Positions 27,369 to 37,606 of a stretch of DNA of 64,000 nt are shown piece by piece. Source of the stretch: Desulfomonilia bacterium (GTDB lineage: Bacteria > Desulfobacterota > Desulfomonilia > UBA1062); assembly GCA_050014195.1 (NCBI GenBank), contig JBEKDT010000011.1, positions 96,001 to 160,000 of the forward strand. The letters run 5' to 3'. Below the pieces are notes generated by a model that saw only the letters and a list, made by a program, of their open reading frames with translations, was not told the origin of the DNA and ran no database searches. The position numbers and the translations under genes are program-made. Numbering within the stretch: position 1 is the first letter of the stretch; every line of letters starts with the position of its first letter.

Positions 27369-28517
27369 TCATGTCAGTTCATTAAGCACTGAACGGGAAA
27401 TGACCAGACGCTGTATCTCACTGGTGCCCTCGTATATCTCAGTGACTTTGGCATCCCTGAAATATCGCTCTACATCATATTCTTTGCTATAACCGTATCC
27501 CCCATGGATCTGCACCGCCCTGCCGGTCACGGAAGAGCTCACGGTGCTGCTGTAGAGCTTTGCCATGGCAGCCTCCTTGCCGAATGGTTTCCCGGCGTCC
27601 TTCAAGGCGCAAACCCGGTAAACCAGGAGCCGCGCCGCGTCAATCTCGGTGGCCATGTCTGCCAGCATGTTCTGAATGGATTGGAATGCTGCAATAGGCT
27701 TCCTGAACTGCTGACGCTCCTTGGAATATTTTACCGAGGCCTCAAAGGCGGCCTGGGCGATGCCGACGGCCTGGGCTGCGATCCCGATGCGGCCCGTGTC
27801 AAGGGTAGCGAGAGCTATCTTGATACCGTCTCCGACCTTTCCCAGAAGGTTCTCCTGCGGGACCCGACAGTCCTCGAAGAACAGCGAGGATACCGGGTTT
27901 GCCCGCATACCGCAGAGGTCTTCAATTTCACCTACCGAATAACCGGCCATGTCACTTTCCAGAATGAACACACCGGCGCTGCGTGCAGAATCAGCTGCAT
28001 TGGTCACGGCAAAGATGAGCGGCAGCGAGCATACACCCCCATTGGTTACGAAGATCTTGGTGCCGTTGATGATGTATCCATCCCCCAAGGACACCGCATG
28101 GGTCTCAACACCTGATGCATCCGATCCTGCATTCGCCTCGGTCAGGCAAAAGGCACCGATGCATTCGCCGCTTGCAAGCCTAGGAACAAAGCGCTTCTTC
28201 TGTTCATCCGTGCCGAAGCGCAGGATGGGATAGATGCCCACACTGTTGTGAACGGTCACGCACAGCCCCATAGCGCCGCTGACACGAGAGATCTCTTCAA
28301 CGACAATGGAATAGCTGATGCTGTCGAGATCTGCACCGCCGTATTCTTTAGGAACTTGCAGTCCGAAGAAGTTCAGAGGCCGCATCTTCTCCACAACTTC
28401 CCAGGGGAAACGGGCATCCCTGTCCATCTCGTGCGCAATGGGTCCGAGCTCCGCCTCGGAAAACTCCCGGACCGTTTTGCGGACCATCTTATGCTTCATA
28501 CAGGGATCCAATCTCAC
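27369..28517 (-). CDS. Acyl-CoA (butyryl-CoA-type) dehydrogenase
   Basis: FCLTEANAGSD, GTKIFVTNG, GRIGIAAQ, RQQF, QIHGGYGY, IYEGTSEIQR; GTG start. Confidence 0.92.
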   Translation of the reverse strand: MRLDPCMKHKMVRKTVREFSEAELGPIAHEMDRDARFPWEVVEKMRPLNFFGLQVPKEYGGADLDSISYSIVVEEISRVSGAMGLCVTVHNSVGIYPILRFGTDEQKKRFVPRLASGECIGAFCLTEANAGSDASGVETHAVSLGDGYIINGTKIFVTNGGVCSLPLIFAVTNAADSARSAGVFILESDMAGYSVGEIEDLCGMRANPVSSLFFEDCRVPQENLLGKVGDGIKIALATLDTGRIGIAAQAVGIAQAAFEASVKYSKERQQFRKPIAAFQSIQNMLADMATEIDAARLLVYRVCALKDAGKPFGKEAAMAKLYSSTVSSSVTGRAVQIHGGYGYSKEYDVERYFRDAKVTEIYEGTSEIQRLVISRSVLNELT

Positions 28518-28674
28518 GTAATACTCTCTTATATGTCCGATTCCGCTAGTATTGAGCCGACGGTTTGGCGCGCACCATAGCCTAAAACAGGTCAAATTTC
28601 AAGAGATCAACTGAAAAGCACTCCTCTTGGCCCATAAGGAAATCCGGACTATCTACTTCTAAGAAATAATTATA

Positions 28675-30033
28675 TCAACGGGCCTTCCTGACCCGAAGCC
28701 CTTGAACGTTCGTACATGCATTGCTGTAGGAAAAAAAGCAATTACGTTTTTCCTTTGCCTTGTACATGGCACTGTCAGAGTGTTTCAGGAGGGTCTCCGC
28801 ATCACTTCCGTCATCAGGATAGGTGCTTGCCCCAATGCTGGGCGTCACGAAATCGATCTTAATGCCCTGGATGATATATGGCTTGGATAAACATTTCAGA
28901 ATCCTGGAAGCTACCTTATCAAGATTCGGCCTTACAATATCGCCAAGGATGATGGTGAATTCGTCTCCACCCAGCCTGCTTATGTAATCCGTATCACGAA
29001 GGATCTCATTCAAGCGCGCAGAGACCTGCATAAGCAGCTTATCACCGATCTCGTGACCGTAGACATCATTCACCTTCTTGAAGTGATCCAGGTCGATGAA
29101 CAGAATTGACCGGTAATGTTCATACCGTCTGGCCTCCATGATCACTTCGTCAAGCTTCTCGAGAAAGGACTTGCGGTTATGCAGCCCTGTGAGGGGATCG
29201 TGATATGCCAGATATGCAAGCTCTTGTTCTGTTTTCTTACGCGCTGAACAATCCCGCACGATGCCGCAGAAGCCTATAGGATTGCCGTCCCTGTCTTTTT
29301 GCAGAGAAACGGATGATTCGACGTACATCGTTGTCCCGTCTTTCTTGATAAGTTCCCAATCAAGTGATTTTGTGGGGGTACCTGTGAGAAAGACATTGCT
29401 AAATGTTTCAAATACACGCTTTGCATTGGCATCATCCAAATATTTCTTATAGTTGAGCCCGATACATTCATCGTATGTATACCCGAGCTGATTTGGGATG
29501 ATATCGTTGAAGAAGGTGAAACTGCCCCCGAGATCGACTTCGAAATATCCGTCCTCGATGGAATCAAGGATGGATCGGAACCTGATCTCGCTTTCAATAA
29601 GGGCCTGTTCCGTTTCCAGTACATCCGTGACATCCCGGGCAATGCCCTGGATTGTCTTGGTTCCGTCGGGATGCACGGCAAGATGATTCTTGTGCTCTAC
29701 GATTCGCTTCCGGCCTGTCTTCGCAACAAGCTGGATGAGCCCCTCATCACGGCCGTTTTCAACCACCCTGCTGATGTATTCGTGAAATTGATCCTGATAC
29801 TTCTCAGGCAGCATGCTCTTTACATTCAATCCTATCATCTCTTCCCTGTTGTAGCCGAGGAACCCCACAAAACGCGGACAAATGCCTAAAAAGACGCCAT
29901 CGAGATCATGCTCAAAGATAAACTCGTTTACACTGTTGTAGATCTCGCCAAACATGGTAAGATCATCACATGACGTCTTTGAGAGTTCGGCGATTTTGTC
30001 TGCGAGATCTCTTTGTGTGAGCTTGTTGGCCAA
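28675..30033 (-). CDS. PAS-PAS diguanylate cyclase
   Basis: Two PAS/PAC domains, HDPLTGLHNR, DLDHFK, RDTD I-site, intact GGDEF. Confidence 0.92.
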   Translation of the reverse strand: MANKLTQRDLADKIAELSKTSCDDLTMFGEIYNSVNEFIFEHDLDGVFLGICPRFVGFLGYNREEMIGLNVKSMLPEKYQDQFHEYISRVVENGRDEGLIQLVAKTGRKRIVEHKNHLAVHPDGTKTIQGIARDVTDVLETEQALIESEIRFRSILDSIEDGYFEVDLGGSFTFFNDIIPNQLGYTYDECIGLNYKKYLDDANAKRVFETFSNVFLTGTPTKSLDWELIKKDGTTMYVESSVSLQKDRDGNPIGFCGIVRDCSARKKTEQELAYLAYHDPLTGLHNRKSFLEKLDEVIMEARRYEHYRSILFIDLDHFKKVNDVYGHEIGDKLLMQVSARLNEILRDTDYISRLGGDEFTIILGDIVRPNLDKVASRILKCLSKPYIIQGIKIDFVTPSIGASTYPDDGSDAETLLKHSDSAMYKAKEKRNCFFSYSNACTNVQGLRVRKAR

Positions 30034-30578
30034 TTTTACATCACCCCGGGGTCAAGACATCGACTACAGCGCAAGAGATTACCCATGCTTAGTGCACTAT
30101 CCAACTCATCCTGGGACATGTCCCCATGCAGATTGAAACTGAAAGGGAGGATGTCCGGAATACGGAGATTCTGATACACTGCCTCTAATGCACCCATCAG
30201 ATTGGGCAGTGTTACATGATCCACAAAGGCCTCCATAATAATTCATACATAGTAATTGATCTTCATATCGGGGAAAATCCATTAAAACATTAAAATTTAC
30301 AGAAATTGCCTCTGCTGCGCAAAGACCAGTGATTTCAACATACAACATTAAATACAGAAATTCGTTGTAATTATTTGTTATTATTGATTATAAAACAGAT
30401 AAAACAAAGACCCTCGTCCCTTGACTTAGCCCTTATGGTTCTTATCATATAGGACAAGCCTTGGGATGTCATTTCAAAGGGATTATTCCCATAGACCCTC
30501 GCTTGAAATGTGCCCGAGGCTTTTTTATATGGCTCTAAAAACCAGGTTATGAGAGAATTATTTACCTCATTTTCAGAA

Positions 30579-31316
30579 TCAGACAATAAGCCCGGTCTGA
30601 CCTACCACGCTCATGTACAGGACACTCTCACTGATACCGTCAAGGCCAAGGATCTCATTCACCTCATCATCAAAGAGCGCCCCCACCTGGCAGCTTCCAA
30701 GACCGATACTCGTGGCGGCAAGTGCGAGGTTCTGGGCCATATGCCCCACATCCAGATACACATACCGGTATGCACGTTGCTTGTATTTCCACTTGGACCT
30801 GTTGAATACTGCGGTCCAAATGATCACGATTGCAGCCTGGGCACACATGAGCTGTCCCAGCGCCGCCTGGGCAATGTGGGGCCGGAAATCACCTTTTTTC
30901 ATCTCCTCCACGGCATGGTGTCTGACATTATAATGGTATACTCCCTGATCAAGACCTTCCACCCTGTGAACAACGATATAGGTCTCGATGGGGTACAATC
31001 CTCCTGCAGAAGGTGCCGTACGGAATTCGAAGCCCATTTCCTTGCGCTGTATGCCGCTTGATGCCCATAGGAGGGCTGAAACGATATCCGGGCCGATGGG
31101 CACCTCAACGAAGCGGCGAAGACTCTTCCTTCTTAAGATCGCCTCATACAGACTCATGTCTCCACACTTTTGGGGTTTCTCAAGCACAACCTTTTTCGCA
31201 TCAAGATATTCCTTGTATGGATCGGGTTTTCTGTTCCAATCAATTGTACATTCAGGCATTCGCCAACGATCATACTTGGTTTCCTGCTGAAATCTCTCAC
31301 CGATCACTTTTCCCAT
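30579..31316 (-). CDS. SagB/ThcOx-type nitroreductase-family protein
   Basis: RRKSLR, FRTAPSAGGLYPIE, YRYVYLDVGHMAQN. Confidence 0.9.
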   Translation of the reverse strand: MGKVIGERFQQETKYDRWRMPECTIDWNRKPDPYKEYLDAKKVVLEKPQKCGDMSLYEAILRRKSLRRFVEVPIGPDIVSALLWASSGIQRKEMGFEFRTAPSAGGLYPIETYIVVHRVEGLDQGVYHYNVRHHAVEEMKKGDFRPHIAQAALGQLMCAQAAIVIIWTAVFNRSKWKYKQRAYRYVYLDVGHMAQNLALAATSIGLGSCQVGALFDDEVNEILGLDGISESVLYMSVVGQTGLIV

Positions 31317-31494
31317 GATACCTTTACCTCCCTATGAAAACATTGCGGTTAAGGATTTGGCTGATGCACCTTTGTTCATGAAGTATTACCTCATAATTTA
31401 AGTGCCTGAGAGGAAAAGTCAAAAAGTACCGCGAAGGACGCTGGAGATTTCTCCTAAAATTGTGTTGAACAATGCACCGGGAGAGGTTAATGGA

Positions 31495-31812
31495 TTACCC
31501 CTCCCGTCCGGATTTATAACCCTTGTTATAACGGGCATCAAGGATCTTCTTGGTGGTAGCGTTCTTTTTCTTGAGGATCTTGGAACCCCTGGTGATCTTG
31601 CATAGGCTGATCCTGTACCGTGAAGCTATGCTCCTTTGGGTATGGCCCTCATGAAGCTCCTTGAGGAGTTGCCATCTCAAGATAAGATCACGAAGCTCTT
31701 TCGGGGTAAAGATTTCCTCAAAGAATGTAATCATCTCACGGTAATCCGTGATTTCGGCAAATATCTTCTCAAGTTCATGCTCCGGGTCCGTACGAGGCCT
31801 GTTTGTCGACAT
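31495..31812 (-). CDS. TrpR/YerC-family repressor
   Basis: FTPKELRDLILRWQLL...TQRSIA...SLCKITRGS. Confidence 0.82.
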   Translation of the reverse strand: MSTNRPRTDPEHELEKIFAEITDYREMITFFEEIFTPKELRDLILRWQLLKELHEGHTQRSIASRYRISLCKITRGSKILKKKNATTKKILDARYNKGYKSGREG

Positions 31813-31936
31813 GGTAAAGACGTAACCGAAAGGTAGCGGTGCTGTCAAAGATTTTTTATCATAGAGAACAACACTTGAGAGGGCCGGCAACTCTGGTATA
31901 GTGGATTCATAGAATAATACGATCAAGGACATTCAT

Positions 31937-32692
31937 ATGAGACTGATCTCATGGAACGTAAATGGTTTAAGGGCGGCCCTCAAAAACAACTTTCTGGAAC
32001 GTGTTGGAACCATGAACCCGGACATCCTCTGCCTTCAGGAAACACGCGTATCTCAGCATGAGATCAATGTTCCCCTTGACGGCTATCACCAGTACTTCAG
32101 CAGTGCAAAGAAGAGGGGATACTCCGGCGTGGCCGTTTTCAGCAGGACCATGCCCGAATCCGTATCCTATGGGTTAGGCATGGACGAGCATGACAACGAA
32201 GGCCGCATTATCACCCTTGATTTAAAGGATTATTATCTTGTAAACGTCTACACGCCGAATGCCCGGCATGAACTTGTACGCCTTGATTACCGGCAGAAAT
32301 GGGATGCGGATTTCCTGTCTTTTCTAAAAAAACTCGAACAAAAAAAGCCCGTGATATTCTGCGGCGACCTCAATGTGGCTCATAAGGCGATTGACCTCAA
32401 GAACCCGAAGTCCAATGAGCGCAATCCCGGCTTCACCGTCGAGGAGAGGAGCGGATTCGACAGGTATATTGAAGGCGGCTTCATAGATACCTTCCGCGAA
32501 TTCAACAAGGAGCCGGGCCAGTACACCTGGTGGACATATCGGTTTCATGCGAGGGCCAAGAACATCGGGTGGCGCATAGACTACTTCTGCATCTCCACGG
32601 CGCTTAAGTCCAGACTCAAGGATGCCTTTATCCTCAAGGATGTCATGGGCTCCGACCATTGCCCGGTGGGGATTATCTTGGGAGAAAAATAA
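31937..32692 (+). CDS. xth: Exodeoxyribonuclease III / AP endonuclease
   Basis: SWNVNG, CLQET, GDLNVAH, YTWW, GWRIDY, SDHCP. Confidence 0.95.
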   Translation: MRLISWNVNGLRAALKNNFLERVGTMNPDILCLQETRVSQHEINVPLDGYHQYFSSAKKRGYSGVAVFSRTMPESVSYGLGMDEHDNEGRIITLDLKDYYLVNVYTPNARHELVRLDYRQKWDADFLSFLKKLEQKKPVIFCGDLNVAHKAIDLKNPKSNERNPGFTVEERSGFDRYIEGGFIDTFREFNKEPGQYTWWTYRFHARAKNIGWRIDYFCISTALKSRLKDAFILKDVMGSDHCPVGIILGEK

Positions 32693-32715
32693 ATCAATCC
32701 TTCTTTTGTGAATTT

Positions 32716-33159
32716 TTACAGGGGGTCCTCTGCCTCGGTTACCTCACCGCACCAGGAGAGAATCTTATCTCGGATAGAATCCCTTATCCGCCTTACTCCT
32801 TCGAGAATCTCATCTTCCGTGCCTGTTATTTTTGACGGGTCGGGGAAGCTCCAATGGAGCTGCTTTATGAGCCCGAGAAACACAGGGCATTGTTCGGCAC
32901 TTGCCTGGTCGCATACGGTGACGATGTAGGAGAACATCTCGCCCGATTTATAGACATCGAAAACGCTCCTGGGTATCTTGCCTGAAATATCGATATCAGA
33001 TTCCTGCATTACCTTGACTACCTGTGGATTGACCGCCCTGGCCGGGGTAATGCCTGCGCTCTCCGCCAAGAACCTTTCGTTGCAGAGGTGGTTCAGCCAG
33101 GCTTCTGCCATCTGGCTCCGTCCGCTGTTGTGGACACAGACAAAGAGAACTTTTCTCAT
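32716..33159 (-). CDS. arsC: Arsenate reductase / LMW-PTP family
   Basis: FVCVHNSGRSQMAE, VTVCD, CP, HWSFPDP. Confidence 0.85.
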   Translation of the reverse strand: MRKVLFVCVHNSGRSQMAEAWLNHLCNERFLAESAGITPARAVNPQVVKVMQESDIDISGKIPRSVFDVYKSGEMFSYIVTVCDQASAEQCPVFLGLIKQLHWSFPDPSKITGTEDEILEGVRRIRDSIRDKILSWCGEVTEAEDPL

Positions 33160-33186
33160 CTGTTACACTACCTTATCATCAACTCT

Positions 33187-33939
33187 CTACCAGCTGAATT
33201 TCTCCCGCTCTACGGAAGCCGGCTCCACACCCACCTTCTGAAGGTCGTTCAGGGCGGATTCCATCATGGGGGGCGGCCCACACAGATAAACAGAAGCATC
33301 CTTTGTGACTCCATGCCTCTTGAGGATATCTTCGGTTAAGCGCCCCTTCTCGTAGACCACATGGGGATACTGTTGCTGAACATACCTGGCCACATCCTCA
33401 TCACGGCTCAGGCAGTGAACAACTTTGAGGTTGAGATTTTGGCTCATCTGCTTGATCTCTTCCGAACAGAAGACGTCTTCTATTGTTTTGTTCGCCCAGA
33501 AGAGTGATACGGAATTACCTGCCTTGATATTTTTGAAATGCCTCAGCACGCTCAAGAAAGGAGTAATACCCACACCACCGGCGATCATGACGATTACAGG
33601 CTTTGCATCGATATCCCTGCAGAATACCCCCAACGGACCCATGCACTTCACGAAAGCCCCCGGCTGCAGTTCAGGAATGGCCGAAGTGAATTTGCCCTCC
33701 TTCTTAATAGTCAGTCGGAGCAGGGTATCTTCCGGAGCGCCGGAGATCGTAAACGGATGCGGCTCACTCCAGCCGTCAGGCCTCATGATCCTGATAGAGA
33801 CATACTGACCTGCCTTTCTGCCTATAAATCCATGGTCGTCTCCTTCGAGGTAAAGGGAGTTGGTGTCATGGTTTTCAGGCACCACTTTGATGACTTTCCA
33901 GATGTTTTTCCGGTCCTGATCTGCTAGAGTTGTAACCAT
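33187..33939 (-). CDS. FAD/NAD(P)-binding oxidoreductase (FNR-like)
   Basis: HPFTIS, GPLGVF, AGGVGITPF, YLCGPPPM, terminal EKFSW. Confidence 0.85.
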   Translation of the reverse strand: MVTTLADQDRKNIWKVIKVVPENHDTNSLYLEGDDHGFIGRKAGQYVSIRIMRPDGWSEPHPFTISGAPEDTLLRLTIKKEGKFTSAIPELQPGAFVKCMGPLGVFCRDIDAKPVIVMIAGGVGITPFLSVLRHFKNIKAGNSVSLFWANKTIEDVFCSEEIKQMSQNLNLKVVHCLSRDEDVARYVQQQYPHVVYEKGRLTEDILKRHGVTKDASVYLCGPPPMMESALNDLQKVGVEPASVEREKFSW

Positions 33940-34100
33940 CCCATGCCCTCCTCACAAGATCTTGACAATGTCCTTATACGGTTTTTCGTAAATGTCTAAG
34001 GCATCATATACGTCTTACTATAGTCATATCGTGTTTGTTACGCAACGACGAGCTGATACCAGGTTACATTAATGGCATAAGAAGGATTGAAGAAAGATCC

Positions 34101-34982
34101 TCAGGCTGCAGGTGCGGCATCGCCCCTGCCCAGGATCTCCTGTATCTTCTCCTCGATGACCTCAAGGGAGACCGGCTTATAGAGATATTCGAGACCTTCC
34201 TGTTCAAAAAACTTCTTGTATTCAGGGGAAAGATCGCCGGTGAAAAAGATAAATCGCCTTGTGATAGTCTGATCGCGCTTGAGGGCCTCCCGATAGACCT
34301 CTATGCCGCTGAGTTCGGGCAAGGTTATGTCTGAGACAATAACATCATAATACTGACTTGTAAGCTTCCGGAGGGCCTCATTACCGTCCATGGCGGAATC
34401 CACGCCATACCTTTTCCGCAAGAAAGAATAGAACAGCTTCAAAAGGGCCGGATCATCATCAATAATAAGCACACGTTCATCCCATACATGTCTTATCTCC
34501 TTTAACCGGTTGAGGATCTGGCCCATACCGGGTCTTTCCTCAAGACACTTCTCAATTTTGCGCTTATGGGCCTCAAGGAGGGCAGCCGTGTGCTGAAATT
34601 CAAGGCTTAAGTCTTTCATGGTGTCGATGATATAAATAAACATATCGTTCCACTCAGAATATTCGATGTCAACAAGGATATTGAACAATGCTGCTTCATT
34701 AAGTGTTCCATGGGACAGGCGCTCGCGAAATTTGAGGACATGGGCCTCCAATTGCTCCTGAGTTTTTCTGCTGATCAGGATATCTAGATGGAAGCCTTCG
34801 AGTCTGTCACTGATCATATCGTCGATTCGGTTCATCATGTCGTAGTGGCTGATCTCGTCCTGCTCCAGGTCCTTCAAAAATGAGCTCAGGGCCGGATCAG
34901 AGTCGAAGTACGCGGCTGCATCTGCATAGAGGTTCCCGGCCGTGCACTCAAAATCGGCCAGATACCTGATAAGATCTCTCAT
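34101..34982 (-). CDS. Rubrerythrin/ferritin-like domain fused to a C-terminal receiver domain
   Basis: FE..AGNLY...DEISHY (E, ExxH); C-terminal VLIIDDD, SDITLP, FTG, KP. Confidence 0.75.
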   Translation of the reverse strand: MRDLIRYLADFECTAGNLYADAAAYFDSDPALSSFLKDLEQDEISHYDMMNRIDDMISDRLEGFHLDILISRKTQEQLEAHVLKFRERLSHGTLNEAALFNILVDIEYSEWNDMFIYIIDTMKDLSLEFQHTAALLEAHKRKIEKCLEERPGMGQILNRLKEIRHVWDERVLIIDDDPALLKLFYSFLRKRYGVDSAMDGNEALRKLTSQYYDVIVSDITLPELSGIEVYREALKRDQTITRRFIFFTGDLSPEYKKFFEQEGLEYLYKPVSLEVIEEKIQEILGRGDAAPAA

Positions 34983-35203
34983 ATCTATAACCCCATTCAG
35001 TACGTAATATACTGTCTTTTATAAGAAAGGTAAGGGGGGGATGATAGAAAAACGTAAAACCGGAAGTCTTAGACTCAATAGTCAGCGAAAAAACGGCTAT
35101 ACGAATACTGATCTCGTAATGAAGGCCATTCCTCAGGCAATGGCCGACTGCATGGCGCCCACGAAATGAAACTTAAATCTTAGAAAATAACTGCGATGAC
35201 GCC

Positions 35204-35728
35204 TTATGCCCCATCCAGCCCATGATGCTCCACCTCCCTGAACCATGCCTGAGGATCTTTCAGATACTCCTCAATGTTCTTGAGGTGAATAAAATTCTCC
35301 TGCTCGGAGAGTGCTATTTCCTTGAGCATCTCCTTGCCTACAGGATCTTTGAGGGCCTCATACGACCTGGACAAAAATCGAGTGGTCTTCCTGACAAACC
35401 TGGCTGCAATATCAATGGCCGTCAGATCATCGAAATCTGCCAGGGCCTTGCCCATGCTCCCGGAGATCTTCTCTTCATAGTCGTCATGATCACCGAGGGA
35501 GACTTCTACCACCCGGGCCTGATCAGCAGTTTTCCCCTTACTGGAAAGCTGCTTATGAAGTTCCTTCAAATTCTGGTAGTGTAACGTGCCTTTGTCGGCA
35601 TAATCTCTGAACACTGCCTTCCCAAGCGGGCTTTTGATGCGTTCGGACAAGCGCTTGAAGAATGCTACCTCGCGCCGTTCGCTCTCAAGCGCTTCTTCGA
35701 TAATAGTGAGGGTATCTGCGCTGTGCAT
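35204..35728 (-). CDS. Rubrerythrin/ferritin-like protein with degenerate ligands
   Basis: EEALESE...FF...K.VF..YA....HY; C-terminal WFREVEHHGLDGA. Confidence 0.7.
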   Translation of the reverse strand: MHSADTLTIIEEALESERREVAFFKRLSERIKSPLGKAVFRDYADKGTLHYQNLKELHKQLSSKGKTADQARVVEVSLGDHDDYEEKISGSMGKALADFDDLTAIDIAARFVRKTTRFLSRSYEALKDPVGKEMLKEIALSEQENFIHLKNIEEYLKDPQAWFREVEHHGLDGA

Positions 35729-35903
35729 GTGAAAACCTTCCTTTCAACAAAAAATCATCAATTCAACCAAAAGATATATTATCAAAATTACGAGACAAAA
35801 TAAAGGACTTTTTCTCATATGGATATATCCTGTATTCCATATGGCGTAAGTATACGGCAATAGATCAAAAAATGTTCTATATCAGCCTTAGGTGGCTCAA
35901 CCC

Positions 35904-36350
35904 TTATCGATATCTCGGCAAGTCCTTGGTTTCCTCATAATACACCTCCAGCCCGACATGCCTCATCCTCGTGTTCATCTCAATCCACCTGCGCTTGAGG
36001 TCAGGGTCGAAGGTGGTCCTGTCACAGGGGAATTCGTCACATTGGAAACAGAAGTCCTTTTCCTTTCCCCGGGAGCATTTCAGAACAATGCACCCAGGGT
36101 ATCCGCATGCCCCGCTGCGGCAGCCCGAGCAATCCGACCTGGAGAAATGTTCCAGGAGCTCTTTGAATTGCGGATAGCCTTTAAAGACCGGTTTGAAAGA
36201 TGAAAACCGGTCTGCATAGCTCTCAAAGGAGCCGAGTAGTTCCATGAGCCTCTTACTTGTTTCCTTGATCTCTCCTCCCTTATAAGACAAGCACTTCATG
36301 CAATTCAGACCGCATGGTGCGAGTATCTTCAGGATTTTGTCATATTCCAC
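35904..36350 (-). CDS. Cys-rich DUF3795-like protein
   Basis: APCGLNCMKC, CSGCR, C...C, FCFQCDEFPC. Confidence 0.8.
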   Translation of the reverse strand: MEYDKILKILAPCGLNCMKCLSYKGGEIKETSKRLMELLGSFESYADRFSSFKPVFKGYPQFKELLEHFSRSDCSGCRSGACGYPGCIVLKCSRGKEKDFCFQCDEFPCDRTTFDPDLKRRWIEMNTRMRHVGLEVYYEETKDLPRYR

Positions 36351-36382
36351 GGCAGTGTCCCCCTTATGGTAAGATTTTGATA

Positions 36383-37411
36383 TCAGCTGATTCGGAGCAC
36401 CTTGGCTCCACGGATTTTGCGCTGCTTGAGCTCCAAGAGGGCCGTATTCGCCTCTTCAAGCGGGTACTCCCGGACTTCCGGCCTGATGGGGATCTCTGAG
36501 GCAAGCCTTAGGAAGTCGCTGATATCGGCCCTTGTAACATTCGCCACACTCTTGATCTCTTTCTCCATCCAGAGATGAAAGGGATAGTCGAGCCTCAGCA
36601 GGTAATCTTTGTCCATGTCCTCCTTGCGGATGGCATTGATCACGAGCCTTCCCCCGGGCTCAAGGTTGTGAAGCCCCTCCACAATGGGCTTCCACACAGG
36701 TGTGGTGTCAATGATGCTGTGGAGCTTCTCGGGCGGCCTGTCTTCGGTATCCCCCACCCAGGAGGCACCCAGCTCTTGTGCAAACTCCCGCTCTGATGCG
36801 CTCCTGGCGAATACAAACACCTTCGATTCGGGATACTGATGTTTCACCATCATGAGCACCAGATGGGCCGATGCCCCGAACCCGGTGAGCCCGAGGTTCT
36901 GTCCGTCTTTCAGCCCTGTGAGCCTGAGAGAGCGATATCCGATGGCGCCTGCACAGAGAAGCGGGGCAGCCTCAGCATCGGTGAAGACACCGGGTATGGG
37001 ATGAGCATAGCCTTCCGTCACGGTCATGAACTGGGCATACCCGCCGTTCACATCGCGGCCTGTTGCACGAAACTTACTGCAGAGGTTCTCCTGACCGCTC
37101 AGACAGAACGGGCAGACTCCGCAGGCGGAAAAGATCCACCCCACCCCTACCCGCTCTCCACCATAAAACCGCTTAACACCTTCACCAAGGCCGACGATTT
37201 CACCGACCACCTGATGGCCAAGCACTATAGGCAGATGTGGGGGCGGGGTTCGGCCCTCGATTTCATCGAGCTCGGTGTGGCAGACACCGCAGACCTTGAC
37301 TCTGATAAGGATCTCTCCTTTCCCCGGGACAGGGTCCGGGAGGATGGCCTGTTCGAGGGGTTCATTTGTTTCTGATAGACTCCGGATCCTCTTCAGGACA
37401 TAGGCATTCAC
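36383..37411 (-). CDS. Zinc-dependent alcohol dehydrogenase family protein
   Basis: CGVCHTELD, GHQVVG, CGVCPFC...ENLC, APLLCAG, GFGAS. Confidence 0.9.
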   Translation of the reverse strand: MNAYVLKRIRSLSETNEPLEQAILPDPVPGKGEILIRVKVCGVCHTELDEIEGRTPPPHLPIVLGHQVVGEIVGLGEGVKRFYGGERVGVGWIFSACGVCPFCLSGQENLCSKFRATGRDVNGGYAQFMTVTEGYAHPIPGVFTDAEAAPLLCAGAIGYRSLRLTGLKDGQNLGLTGFGASAHLVLMMVKHQYPESKVFVFARSASEREFAQELGASWVGDTEDRPPEKLHSIIDTTPVWKPIVEGLHNLEPGGRLVINAIRKEDMDKDYLLRLDYPFHLWMEKEIKSVANVTRADISDFLRLASEIPIRPEVREYPLEEANTALLELKQRKIRGAKVLRIS

Positions 37412-37606
37412 TGTTCCACCTCCCATCAAGGGGATACTCATCACATCATAGACCATAGTTGGCATTGATGTTCAAGTGCGACATTACCCCTATGCACGTG
37501 CCGTTGACTTCTCTTGGTACTTCACGGTAAAGTGTTTTTAGAGATAGTTGTTGATAGTGGCAGGCATACCGATGCCGCGAGTGTTTCTTATGGAAGGAGG
37601 AATTAC

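Noticed and set aside
30579-31316. RiPP (azole) biosynthetic cluster from the SagB-like gene
   Set aside because: No YcaO, precursor peptide or transporter nearby; stand-alone members are common nitroreductases.
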